Shown: positions 1-8,367 of the stretch, piece after piece | How positions within the stretch are numbered: position 1 is the first letter of the stretch | Layout of the letters: each line of letters starts with the position of its first letter | The notes under the pieces: model-generated | Told to the model about the DNA's origin: nothing | What the model saw: the letters and a program-made list of their open reading frames with translations, nothing else | Database searches by the model: none | Program-made: the position numbers and the translations under genes | NCBI GenBank assembly: GCA_964354675.1 | Contig: CAYHAT010000001.1 | Location: 1 to 33,083 of the forward strand | Source: an uncultured Actinomycetota bacterium | GTDB lineage: Bacteria > Actinomycetota > Geothermincolia > Geothermincolales > RBG-13-55-18 | Direction: 5' to 3' | DNA: 33,083 nucleotides

Positions 1-1251
1 TCCCTCAAGATATGCGGGATGTACGAAACCCGCACGCGCATACACATCCTGGACCGCATACCCAAGATCGTGGGGGCGGTCAACGTCTACCTGGTAGTTC
101 TGCTCATCATGTCGTTCCTGCTGGTCTCCTCGATATCAATCCGGGGTTACCTCGTCTTCTTCTGGGTTTTTTCCATCGCCTTCCTGTTCGTCGGCCGGTT
201 CGTGCTGCAGCTCTGCCTCAGCCTCGCGGGCATCAGCGACGTGGTGATGCGCAATACCCTCATCGTGGGCTCGGGTAAAGTAGGCAAGGAAGTGGCCCGT
301 AAACTGGTGAGGCACGACACCTTCGGCCTGCGCCCGGTGGGCTTCATCGATGACGATCCCCTGTACACGGAATTCCGCGAACCCGAGCTCCAGGATATGC
401 GTGTACTTGGGGGGCTCGGCGATATCAGCCGCATCGTCGGCGACTTCGATGTGGAGAAGGTGGTCATAGCCTTCACCGGCGCCACCTCGGATCAGCTCCT
501 GGATCTGGCTTCGAGATGCAACAAGACGGGAGTGGAATGTTCCATCGTCCCCCGCCTCTTCGAGGTCATCACCGACGAGATCGTGGTCAGCGAGATCGGC
601 GGTATCCCCCTTATCCAACTACGCGATAAGAAGATCGACGGCTACAGGAAGCTGCTCAAGTCCGCCGAGGACTACGTGCTCGGCGCCATAGCGCTCCTGC
701 TCACCTGGCCGATCATCCTGGTCACCGCCATCGCTATAAAGCTCGACTCCCCCGGACCGGTCTTCTTCCGCCACAAGCGGGTGGGCAAGAACGGGAAGTG
801 TTTCAGCTGCCTGAAGTTCCGCTCCATGGTGGATGGCGCCTGCAAGATGCAGGAGAATATGGTGAATGGCGATACGGATGCCGAACACGGCTGGCTGTGT
901 TGGAAAGTCCAGGACGATCCCCGCATCACGCGGGTGGGCAAATGGATACGCAAGTTCTCCATCGACGAGCTGCCGCAGATATTCAACGTCCTCTCCGGAA
1001 AGATGAGCCTGGTGGGGCCCAGGCCCCATATCAAGGAAGAGGTCCAGCAGTACAAGGACTGGCACAAGCAGAGGCTCAACGTCAAGCCGGGCATCACCGG
1101 TTTGTGGCAGGTAAGCGGCCGCAGCGACCTGCCATTCGACGAGATGATCAAGCTGGACCTCTACTATATCGAGACCTGGTCCTTGTGGACCGACTTCAAG
1201 ATCATACTGAGGACCATTTCGGCTGTCTTCCAATGCAGGGGCGCCTGTTAG
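1..1251 (+). CDS. Initiating polyprenyl-phosphate glycosyl-1-phosphate transferase (bacterial sugar transferase, WbaP/EpsB-like); 5' end probably truncated by the window edge
   Basis: ORF 19..1251 stays open in frame back to position 1. It has N-terminal TM helices and a central nucleotide-binding-like segment (IVGSGKVGKEVARKL). The C-terminal sugar-transferase core carries KFRSM, PRITRVGKWIRKFSIDELPQ, SLVGPRP and KPGITGLWQVSGRSD. Confidence 0.93.
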   Translation, partial: SLKICGMYETRTRIHILDRIPKIVGAVNVYLVVLLIMSFLLVSSISIRGYLVFFWVFSIAFLFVGRFVLQLCLSLAGISDVVMRNTLIVGSGKVGKEVARKLVRHDTFGLRPVGFIDDDPLYTEFREPELQDMRVLGGLGDISRIVGDFDVEKVVIAFTGATSDQLLDLASRCNKTGVECSIVPRLFEVITDEIVVSEIGGIPLIQLRDKKIDGYRKLLKSAEDYVLGAIALLLTWPIILVTAIAIKLDSPGPVFFRHKRVGKNGKCFSCLKFRSMVDGACKMQENMVNGDTDAEHGWLCWKVQDDPRITRVGKWIRKFSIDELPQIFNVLSGKMSLVGPRPHIKEEVQQYKDWHKQRLNVKPGITGLWQVSGRSDLPFDEMIKLDLYYIETWSLWTDFKIILRTISAVFQCRGAC

Positions 1252-1378
1252 GGCACCGAGAGGGAATATATCTCGCCGGGCGGCACGGGCCGCCGGGTAT
1301 GGGGCTGGCATAAACGAAACGACCGGGTGAAGACGATCGCCCGTCGGGCGTGGGGAGCTGCTCGCGGATCGCCACCTT

Positions 1379-2077
1379 CTATTCGCTCCTGGGCGCTAAT
1401 TCGCAGAGAAATATCAGGTGATCCGATACATACGGGCATAGATGCTTGACGAAGATCCCCAGGGGGGCGAAAAGGATGTTCTTGACCCTTCCATCCAGTC
1501 CCGCCAGGTAATAGTAGCTCTCCCTTATGAGTAGGCCGTAAGTGGTGGTGAGTAGCTCTATATTCGCCTGCGAGAAATAATAGGCATGGTCCTTGTTGAT
1601 CAATTCGCTCCCCGCAAGGACCCGTAAAAACCTCTTTATAGCGAATGCATTGGGTACGCTTATGATCAGGATGGTATGTGGAGACATGAGCTGCTTCACG
1701 CCCTCGAAGAACCTGCCGACGTTAAACAGGTGCTCTATCAACTCCCCCGCCAGGATGACGTCAAACGGTCCCTTCATTTCAAGTTCGCCGAGTTCCTCCG
1801 CATTCCCCAATACCAGATCATCGAAGCCGAGCGATCTCAGGGTTTCCAAGCCGTCCAGACTGTTATCGACACCGGTTACGTTCTTCGCCACCTCGTGCAA
1901 CTTCGCGAAGAGCAGTTCACCCTTGCGGTACCGTTCCTCGGTCATCGGGTAGTCTGTGCATCCCAGGTCGAGCACGGTTTTTCCCTCGCATAAACGGAGC
2001 ATCAGGTCGTGCCTGTTCACCGGGATCGATCGTGGCAGTTTCTTGTTCCTCATCTCGCTTTGATTCTCGGCGCTCAT
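1379..2077 (-). CDS. Class I SAM-dependent methyltransferase
   Basis: Motif I region is KTVLDLGCTDYP and the post-I acidic residue is in VTGVDNS. ATG at 2077 is chosen as start; the track ORF extends to a TTG at 2119. Neither start has a strong SD. Confidence 0.8.
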   Translation of the reverse strand: MSAENQSEMRNKKLPRSIPVNRHDLMLRLCEGKTVLDLGCTDYPMTEERYRKGELLFAKLHEVAKNVTGVDNSLDGLETLRSLGFDDLVLGNAEELGELEMKGPFDVILAGELIEHLFNVGRFFEGVKQLMSPHTILIISVPNAFAIKRFLRVLAGSELINKDHAYYFSQANIELLTTTYGLLIRESYYYLAGLDGRVKNILFAPLGIFVKHLCPYVSDHLIFLCELAPRSE

Positions 2078-2406
2078 GGATTCATACAATCCTGTTCCAG
2101 GCGGTCCGTATACGCGCAAACCATAGCTTTAAAGCGTGAAAGCGGAACCCCCTAAGCGGCCCATATATATACAGAAAGATTATATAAAACTATATATTAT
2201 CGGGCAATGCGATACCATAGATGCCCAATCGCCTACTACGAGAGGGATGAATTGGAGGGATATGCCTTGCTCTTTCAGGTCTGATAATACGTAGTTGTCG
2301 ATGCCGGCGACAACAGCTATGACCCCTGGGTGAGCGACGACGAGTTGGTCGGGAAGCGGTCACCATCCCTGCACCACCTGCCCGAGTCCACCGTAACCGG
2401 CTCGGG

Positions 2407-3093
2407 CTACAGCTGCTGGTCGTTCTTGTCGCTATAGCCGGAGGGGTCGGTCCAGGACCTGGTCCGCTTCAGTTTCTCCTCCTCGTCCTCCACTACTGGC
2501 GGACCGTGGTAATCGGCGGGGTCGTACTTGTAGTTCACGTAATCCTTGGGATCCACCTTCTTGTCCCATATCTTGACGACCTTGGCAGGATTTCCTACCA
2601 CCGCAGCGTAAGGGGGGATATCCTGGTTCCATACCACCGCGTTCAGGCCGATCTGCGCATACTCGCCGATGGTGCAACTGCCCCCTACCATGGCTCCGTG
2701 ATAGATCTGTACGTGGTCCCGCACATCCATGAAGGGGTTCTCCTCGGGAAGGCCCACGGCGCCCACCGCCACGTGCGAGTATATGCGCACGCCACTTCCG
2801 ATGCGCGTCCTCCTGCCGATGAGCACCGCCAGTGGATGGTCGAGGTGGAAGTCCGGGCCGATGTCGGCGTCTGGGTGGATCTCCACGCCGCAGAGGAAGT
2901 AGTTCAAGCGATAGCCGAGGAAAGCCAGGTAGACGTGGCCCTTGAGATACAGGATGCGGTACAGCCGGTAGAGGGCGATGGCCTGGTTGCCCGGGTGGAG
3001 GAGGATGTCGCGGACCAACCCCCCCATTCCCTTGCGCTTCAGCGCTATCTTGAGATCAGTTAAGAAATTTCCGGATATTTCCTTTTCGGGCAT
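2407..3093 (-). CDS. Serine-O-acetyltransferase-like hexapeptide (left-handed beta-helix) acyltransferase
   Basis: CysE/EpsC-like layout: N-terminal helical part (LYRLYRILYLKGH..LAFLGYRLNYFLCGVEIHPDADIG), then hexapeptide repeats (IGRRTRIGSGVRIYSHVAVG, MVGGSCTIGEYAQIGLNAVV, VVGNPAKVV). Confidence 0.82.
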   Translation of the reverse strand: MPEKEISGNFLTDLKIALKRKGMGGLVRDILLHPGNQAIALYRLYRILYLKGHVYLAFLGYRLNYFLCGVEIHPDADIGPDFHLDHPLAVLIGRRTRIGSGVRIYSHVAVGAVGLPEENPFMDVRDHVQIYHGAMVGGSCTIGEYAQIGLNAVVWNQDIPPYAAVVGNPAKVVKIWDKKVDPKDYVNYKYDPADYHGPPVVEDEEEKLKRTRSWTDPSGYSDKNDQQL

Positions 3094-3109
3094 CGTATCA
3101 CCTCACTTC

Positions 3110-4087
3110 TCATCGCCGTGTTCCGCCGGATATCCATCTCCTCAATGTATCCCACGATCCATATACTATCATCGACGCCTCGTACGGTTTGCTTTCCAGG
3201 TAATCCACCGTTTCATTGGACACCACATTTCTCTCCATGAGCACCTGGTGAAGGCCAAGGATAGTGTCGAAGATGCCCTTGAAGAAGTCCCTGAAGGTGC
3301 GGTGCTTTACTGAGTAGAGGAAGAAGAAGGCGAGGTAGAGCAGGGACTTGTGCAGGGCCTTGCCGGCGGGATAGAACCTGGCCAGGTACCACCAGCCGCC
3401 GGTCATGTTCACGTAAAGACGGTGTCCCGGGTTGCGCACCTCCTTGGATATTTTATGGCGTATGGTGGACGCGGGATGGTAAACCACCCGGTATCCCCGG
3501 TCGACGATCTTCGCGGTCAGGGCGCGCTCGTAGAGGTGTATCTCCGGCTCCAGGTACCCCACCTCCTCCAGGACGTCCTTGCGCATCATGGCGCCGTTGC
3601 CGTGGAAGGAGGGCACGTCGAAGATACCCTCCGAGTCATGCTCCTCCGGCTTGAACCAGCGCATGGGGTCGAAGACCTCCCCGCTGTCGTAGTAGAGGTT
3701 CCTGCTGTACACCACCGCTATGCGCGCATCGGAGGCGAATACCTCGACCATGCGCTCCACCGCATCCGCCGCCAGCACGCCGTCGTTATCCTGGTGTAAG
3801 ACGATGTCCCCGCCGGCCGTCCTGGCCCCGACGTTCAGGGACTTGATGAAGTAGTTGTGGGGGGAGCGGATGAGGAGCACCTCGGGGAACTCCTCCTGCA
3901 GCATCTCGGGGGCGCCGTCGGTGGAATTGTTATCCATGACGATGATCTCCTCAACCGGATAGGTCTGGGCCTGGATAGCCAGCAGCGCCTCCCGCAGGTC
4001 GTTCTTGCGGTTCCAGTTGGGGATGATCGCGCTCACCCTCGGCCGATATACGTCTCTCTCGTTGCCCCCATCCATCACTCGTCTCAC
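3110..4087 (-). CDS. Family 2 glycosyltransferase
   Basis: VSAIIPNWNRKNDLREALLAIQAQTYPVEEIIVMDNNSTDG and the DxD-like QDNDG. GTG start at 4087 overlaps the upstream stop (GTGA). An alternative ATG at 4075 has AAGGTGAG upstream. Confidence 0.9.
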   Translation of the reverse strand: MRRVMDGGNERDVYRPRVSAIIPNWNRKNDLREALLAIQAQTYPVEEIIVMDNNSTDGAPEMLQEEFPEVLLIRSPHNYFIKSLNVGARTAGGDIVLHQDNDGVLAADAVERMVEVFASDARIAVVYSRNLYYDSGEVFDPMRWFKPEEHDSEGIFDVPSFHGNGAMMRKDVLEEVGYLEPEIHLYERALTAKIVDRGYRVVYHPASTIRHKISKEVRNPGHRLYVNMTGGWWYLARFYPAGKALHKSLLYLAFFFLYSVKHRTFRDFFKGIFDTILGLHQVLMERNVVSNETVDYLESKPYEASMIVYGSWDTLRRWISGGTRR

Positions 4088-5199
4088 CTTCCCGCTTCCT
4101 TAAACACCTCGAGCGTCTGCTGCGCCGCTCGACGCCAGGAGAATAACGAGGCTCTCTCCACACCCGCCCGGGAGAGGCGCTCCCGCAAGGCGTCGTCGCC
4201 GAGCACGCGCGCCACCGCATCCGTCATATCCTCCATGTTGGTGGGGTCAAAATAAACGGGTGCATCGCCTCCCACCTCCGGCAGGGAGGTAGTATTGGAG
4301 CAGACCACCGGCGCGCCGCATGACATGGCCTCGATGACCGGGAGGCCGAAGCCCTCGTAGAGGGACGGGTAAGCGAAGAGGGCGCAGGCATTGTAGAGCA
4401 ACAAAAGTTCCTCCTCGGATACGAACTGCACCTGGACCACGCTCCCCGCCATACCGCAGCGGCGGGCTGTCCCCTCTATATCGACGGGGGGGCTGAAGGG
4501 GGCGGGCGAGCCCACTATCAGGAGCTGCAAATCGCTCCCCAGGCGTTTTCCGGCCCCGGATACCGCCTCGATAAGCCGCTCCAGGTTGCGCCTGGTATGT
4601 ATCGCACCCACGGTAAAAAGGAAGCCCTCGGAGAGCCCGTACCTCTCCCGGACCATTCGCAGCTTTTCCTCGCTGTCCACGGGGCGGAAGAGTTCGTCGG
4701 CCGCCTCCGGGATGACCACCACCTTGGAGGGGTCGACCCCCAGGTAATGAAGGATATCGCCCCTGGAATGCTCGCTCACGGTTATGATGCGCTCCGCCCT
4801 TTTCACCTCGTTCCAGAAGAGGCCGTCGAAGCGGAAGCGGCGGTCTACGCTGAACCACTCGGGATGGACCTTGATGGTGAGGTCATGCACCACGACCACC
4901 GCGGGGCATACCTTGATCAGGGGCAGAAAATAGGAGGGCGAGAAATGCAGATCCACGCCGTCGCGCCTCATGGCGAGGGGCAGGCGGAGATGTCTCCAGA
5001 ACAGGGAGGGGCGTATGCTCAGCACCTCGTACCTCAAGCCGGACAGGGAGTTCTCGGTTGGTGCGATGGGCTGTGAGAGGTAGACGATGTACTCGTTCCC
5101 GCTGTCCAGTTCCGTCATATTGCGCAGCAGGTTATGGAGATAGCGTGCCACCCCGTATCGTTTTCCCTGCAGGGTACGGCCCTCTATTCCGACTCGCAT
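4084..5199 (-). CDS. Family 1 (GT4-type) glycosyltransferase
   Basis: Start set at MRVGIEGRTL (ATG 5199, GGGAGG upstream). The track ORF extension to 5490 is Arg/Trp-rich and overlaps the next gene. C-terminal EX7E region: YEGFGLPVIEAMSCGAPVVCSNTTSLPEV. Confidence 0.9.
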   Translation of the reverse strand: MRVGIEGRTLQGKRYGVARYLHNLLRNMTELDSGNEYIVYLSQPIAPTENSLSGLRYEVLSIRPSLFWRHLRLPLAMRRDGVDLHFSPSYFLPLIKVCPAVVVVHDLTIKVHPEWFSVDRRFRFDGLFWNEVKRAERIITVSEHSRGDILHYLGVDPSKVVVIPEAADELFRPVDSEEKLRMVRERYGLSEGFLFTVGAIHTRRNLERLIEAVSGAGKRLGSDLQLLIVGSPAPFSPPVDIEGTARRCGMAGSVVQVQFVSEEELLLLYNACALFAYPSLYEGFGLPVIEAMSCGAPVVCSNTTSLPEVGGDAPVYFDPTNMEDMTDAVARVLGDDALRERLSRAGVERASLFSWRRAAQQTLEVFKEAGR

Positions 5200-5242
5200 C
5201 GTCTTCTCTCCCCGCCTCCCTTCACAGCCACAGTTACCGACG

Positions 5243-6460
5243 TCAACGCGCGGGCTGCCTTCCATGCCCAGACGCCAGGGCCTCGAGCAGCTCGCCCTCC
5301 AGGATGCGCGCGTTCTTGTCCTTGTCGAACAATCTCCGGGCACGCTCTGCACCCGCCCCGCCCATCCTCGCCGCCCTCTCTTCGTCTCCCAGTATGGAGG
5401 CCATGGCGCTGGCCATGCCCTCGAAGTCCCCGGGAGGCACGACCAATCCGGTGACCCCGTCCTCCACCATGACCGGGATTCCCCCTCCATCGGCCGCCAC
5501 CACCGGGAGCCCCAAGGCCATGGCCTCGATGATCACGTTGGGGAGCGGGTCGGGCATGACCGAGGCATGTACCACCACGTCGACCGAGGCCATGATATCC
5601 GGAATATCCTCGCGGAAGCCGGTGAAGATCACCCGGTCCTCGAAGCCCAGCTCGCGGGGCAGACCCCTCAGCATGTCCTCGAACGCCCGCTCGCCGAACA
5701 TGGCGTCCCCCACCACCAGAAAACGGGCCTCGGGGATCTCTTTCGCGACCGCCGCCGCCGCCCTGAGGAAATAATCCGGGCCTTTCCACTCTACCAGCCG
5801 TCCCACGAATCCGGCCACCGGGGCACTGGCATCGATGCCCAGCTCCGTCCTCACCTCGTCCCTCTTCCTGACCGGGCACACCTTATCGAAGTCGATGCCG
5901 TAATAGACGACCGATAATTTTTCGGCGGGCACCCCCAGCATCATCAGGGCTTCCTTGACCGCCGGGGAGGGGGTTATGACCTTGGCGGCGAGATACTTGG
6001 CACAAGTCGTCAGTAGCCGGATATTGAACCTGCTGAAGGCCTTCTCGTCCACGACGTCGTGAATGCGCCATACCACCGGACGGAGCGCCAGTCGTCCCGC
6101 CAGACTTCCGTAGATATCGGCCTTGGCGCTGTTGGTGAACACCAGGTCGAAGCCCTCCCGCCTTATCAAACGGACCAGCCTGACGACCGTGATCAGCATA
6201 TCCCAGGGGTATGCCAGCATCGCGAGTCGATTGGCGCCGAGAGAACGCCTCTTGATGTTCAGGAGCCTGGGCGTGGGATATCCTTTATAAACCGCCATCC
6301 CCCTCTCCTTCATCTCCTCCGTCAAGGGGCCTTCCTCTGGGCATGCCAATGCAGGCTCGAAGCGCTCGCGGTCTATCTCATCGAGGAAGCGCAGCAGCGC
6401 CTGCTCCGCCCCCGCGATCCTCACCACGTGGTTGATTATCAATATCTTATGTCTATCCAT
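5243..6460 (-). CDS. Family 1 (GT4-type) glycosyltransferase
   Basis: N-terminal ILIINHVVRIAGAEQ. C-terminal nucleotide-sugar binding region: PNVIIEAMALGLPVVAADGGGIPVMVEDGVTG. GAGGAG SD lies upstream of ATG 6460. Confidence 0.9.
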   Translation of the reverse strand: MDRHKILIINHVVRIAGAEQALLRFLDEIDRERFEPALACPEEGPLTEEMKERGMAVYKGYPTPRLLNIKRRSLGANRLAMLAYPWDMLITVVRLVRLIRREGFDLVFTNSAKADIYGSLAGRLALRPVVWRIHDVVDEKAFSRFNIRLLTTCAKYLAAKVITPSPAVKEALMMLGVPAEKLSVVYYGIDFDKVCPVRKRDEVRTELGIDASAPVAGFVGRLVEWKGPDYFLRAAAAVAKEIPEARFLVVGDAMFGERAFEDMLRGLPRELGFEDRVIFTGFREDIPDIMASVDVVVHASVMPDPLPNVIIEAMALGLPVVAADGGGIPVMVEDGVTGLVVPPGDFEGMASAMASILGDEERAARMGGAGAERARRLFDKDKNARILEGELLEALASGHGRQPAR

Positions 6461-6470
6461 CCCGATCTCC

Positions 6471-7109
6471 TCAAGTCACGGACGCGGAGAGCAACAGGCT
6501 GCGCCCCCGCTGGCGGAAGGGGCTCATACGGGAAAAGGGCCTGTAAAGAGGTACCCCTATCCAAACGCTGATCTTACCCTTCCACAGGTGGGGGAAGACG
6601 GTCATGCACTCGTCCACCGCGAGGCCGGCCTCCCGCACCACCTTCTGCAACTCGTCCGGGCTGTAGAGGTGCACGTGACTGGGATCGTAGAAGAGGCTGG
6701 GGCAAGGGTAAAGACGGTTGGGGGTGCACATGGCCATGATCCCGCCCGGCTCCAGCACCCTCTCCCATTCCCTCAAGGCCTCGGGGAGGTCCTCTATATG
6801 CTCCACCAGGTGCTGCGACACGACGCGGTCGTAGGAGCCGTCCGGGAAGGGAAGGCGGTTGGCGGTTGCTTCTATTACCTCGCTGCGGGCCACCGTCTTC
6901 TTCGCAGCGGTTATCGCTTCCTCCAGGATATCCACCCCTGTCGGCCGGTGCCCCATGCCCTCCAGAAATGCGAGGAAAGCGCCTCCCCCGCACCCGACCT
7001 CCAGGATGCGGGAGTCCTCGCGCGGCCTCAGCATGCCGTAGAGCAGCTTCGCCTCGATGAGGAAATCCCGGGTAGCTTCCCGGTGACGGTAGTATCTTTC
7101 GTCGTACAA
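6471..7109 (-). CDS. Class I SAM-dependent methyltransferase
   Basis: ILEVGCGGGAF (motif I), GVDILEE, LPFPDGSYDRVVSQHLVEHI, LEPGGIMAM. TTG start at 7109 with GGGAGA upstream. Confidence 0.85.
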   Translation of the reverse strand: MYDERYYRHREATRDFLIEAKLLYGMLRPREDSRILEVGCGGGAFLAFLEGMGHRPTGVDILEEAITAAKKTVARSEVIEATANRLPFPDGSYDRVVSQHLVEHIEDLPEALREWERVLEPGGIMAMCTPNRLYPCPSLFYDPSHVHLYSPDELQKVVREAGLAVDECMTVFPHLWKGKISVWIGVPLYRPFSRMSPFRQRGRSLLLSASVT

Positions 7110-7206
7110 ATCCCTGTCTCCCGTTCTTTGCCTCGTTACCTCATGTGGCCAACACCCGAACGGTCAATGCCGCGTCCGCAAGCCCGAAAAAGGCTCGAGG
7201 CCGTCT

Positions 7207-7947
7207 TTAAGCCTCGCCCCGCTTCTTTTTCTGCAAGGCCTTATATTCCAGTATATAGTCGAAGGGCGTCCCGGTCCTCAGGTCCGTCCAGGCATGGATC
7301 GGATAGCCCTCCTTGCGCCAGGTGATGTGCTCGTCGAAGGGTGTGACGGGAGGGTGAGTGGGGGAAGGATGATCGTAATAGTACTCGGGGTGGCGCTTCA
7401 TGTCCTCCTGCCAGGCCAACCCAAGCTCCAGCGAGCCTATGAGGTGCTTGGCGGGATTCCCCGCCACCACGGTACGGTCGGGAACGTCGTGGGTCACCAC
7501 GGAATGCGGGGCCACCCCGCAATGCTCGCCCACCCTCACTCCCGGCATGATGATGGAGCCGGTTCCGATGGCACAGTTGTAGCAGAGGCGGGTCTCCTTG
7601 ACGCGCAGGGGTATATCGGCCTGGGCGTTAAGCGAGGCGTCATGGGCGTAGATGGTGGCGCCGTAGCCGATGGACACGTAGTCCTCGATGATCAGCTGCT
7701 GCGGGGTGGTAATCTCGATGAACACGCCCAGGTCCACGAAGACGTTGTTGCCCATCTTGACGCCGCGCCTCTTCAGATACTTGATGCGGTACCGGATGTC
7801 CGGGTGCCACATGGACAGGATGATCAGTATGCGGTAGTCGAGCCAGGCGAAGAGGTCCAGGATGCGGTTGATCACCATCCCAGCCAGCATGTTGCGCGCC
7901 GCGAAGGAATACCCCCTGACGAAGAGGGATATGCTTTTCCAGTCCAT
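7207..7947 (-). CDS. Hexapeptide-repeat O-acyl/acetyltransferase (WcaF/maltose-acetyltransferase-like) with N-terminal membrane-associated segment
   Basis: Hexapeptide repeats: VSIGYGATIYAHDASL, CAIGTGSIIMPGVRVGEHCGVAPHSVVTHDVPDRTVVAGNPAK. AAGGAGGAG SD lies upstream of ATG 7947. This is the first gene of the minus-strand operon. Confidence 0.85.
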   Translation of the reverse strand: MDWKSISLFVRGYSFAARNMLAGMVINRILDLFAWLDYRILIILSMWHPDIRYRIKYLKRRGVKMGNNVFVDLGVFIEITTPQQLIIEDYVSIGYGATIYAHDASLNAQADIPLRVKETRLCYNCAIGTGSIIMPGVRVGEHCGVAPHSVVTHDVPDRTVVAGNPAKHLIGSLELGLAWQEDMKRHPEYYYDHPSPTHPPVTPFDEHITWRKEGYPIHAWTDLRTGTPFDYILEYKALQKKKRGEA

Positions 7948-8023
7948 AAGGCCTCATCTCCTCCTTAATCGTTTCGGATAGAAACCCGGCATCCACTCTA
8001 ATCTATCTCATCGTCATTTCGAA

Positions 8024-8052
8024 AACATAATTAAATCATATCTCGTATTCAA
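8024..8052 (-). promoter_or_regulatory. Candidate sigma-70-type promoter of the minus-strand polysaccharide operon (TTGAAT-17 nt-TATGTT)
   Basis: On the minus strand TTGAAT is at 8052-8047 and TATGTT at 8029-8024, with a 17-nt spacer, inside an AT-rich island about 75 nt upstream of ATG 7947. Confidence 0.4.
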
Positions 8053-8273
8053 GCGGGTTTCTCGACCCCGGTGCACCGACCTGGATCCCCGAGAAAGCGA
8101 ACCGACAATCGAACTTGGGGATATCAAACCGCTCAGGTGCATTAGAGAGCCCCCTTACTCTGTTCCACAACAGAAGATGGATGCATCCACTCTGAAAGCG
8201 CTTCGACATGGCGCGAGAGCTGCTCCATCGATCATAGGCTTGCCGGTCACGAGGGGAAAAGTACATTTCTTGC

Positions 8274-8282
8274 TGCTATAAT
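8274..8282 (+). promoter_or_regulatory. Candidate extended -10 promoter (TGcTATAAT) of the plus-strand polysaccharide operon
   Basis: TGCTATAAT at 8274-8282, about 86 nt upstream of ATG 8368. There is no good -35, which is common for extended -10 promoters. Confidence 0.45.
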
Positions 8283-8367
8283 GTACCCATGCCTGAAAGC
8301 CGTCAGGGCAAGCGAGGGCAGCAAAAACAGCAGGCTTTGGCAAGGAAAGCGCAGGAAAGGCGGAGGT

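Noticed and set aside
4084-5490. Long N-terminal extensions of track ORFs (4084..5490, 13892..15475, 8281..10401, 10676..12511, 17807..21430)
   Set aside because: The extensions overlap the neighbouring gene or have non-protein-like composition. Internal starts with good SD sequences give proteins that begin where the family normally begins.
8040-8250. Possible riboswitch in the divergent region upstream of the Wzz-like gene (stem TTTCTCG/CGAGAAA enclosing GGTGCACCGACC, reminiscent of the c-di-GMP-II 3' segment as I remember it)
   Set aside because: It lies upstream of the best plus-strand promoter (8274-8282). GGTGCACC is simply a palindrome, and no other class II features are visible. The evidence is too weak to report as a finding.
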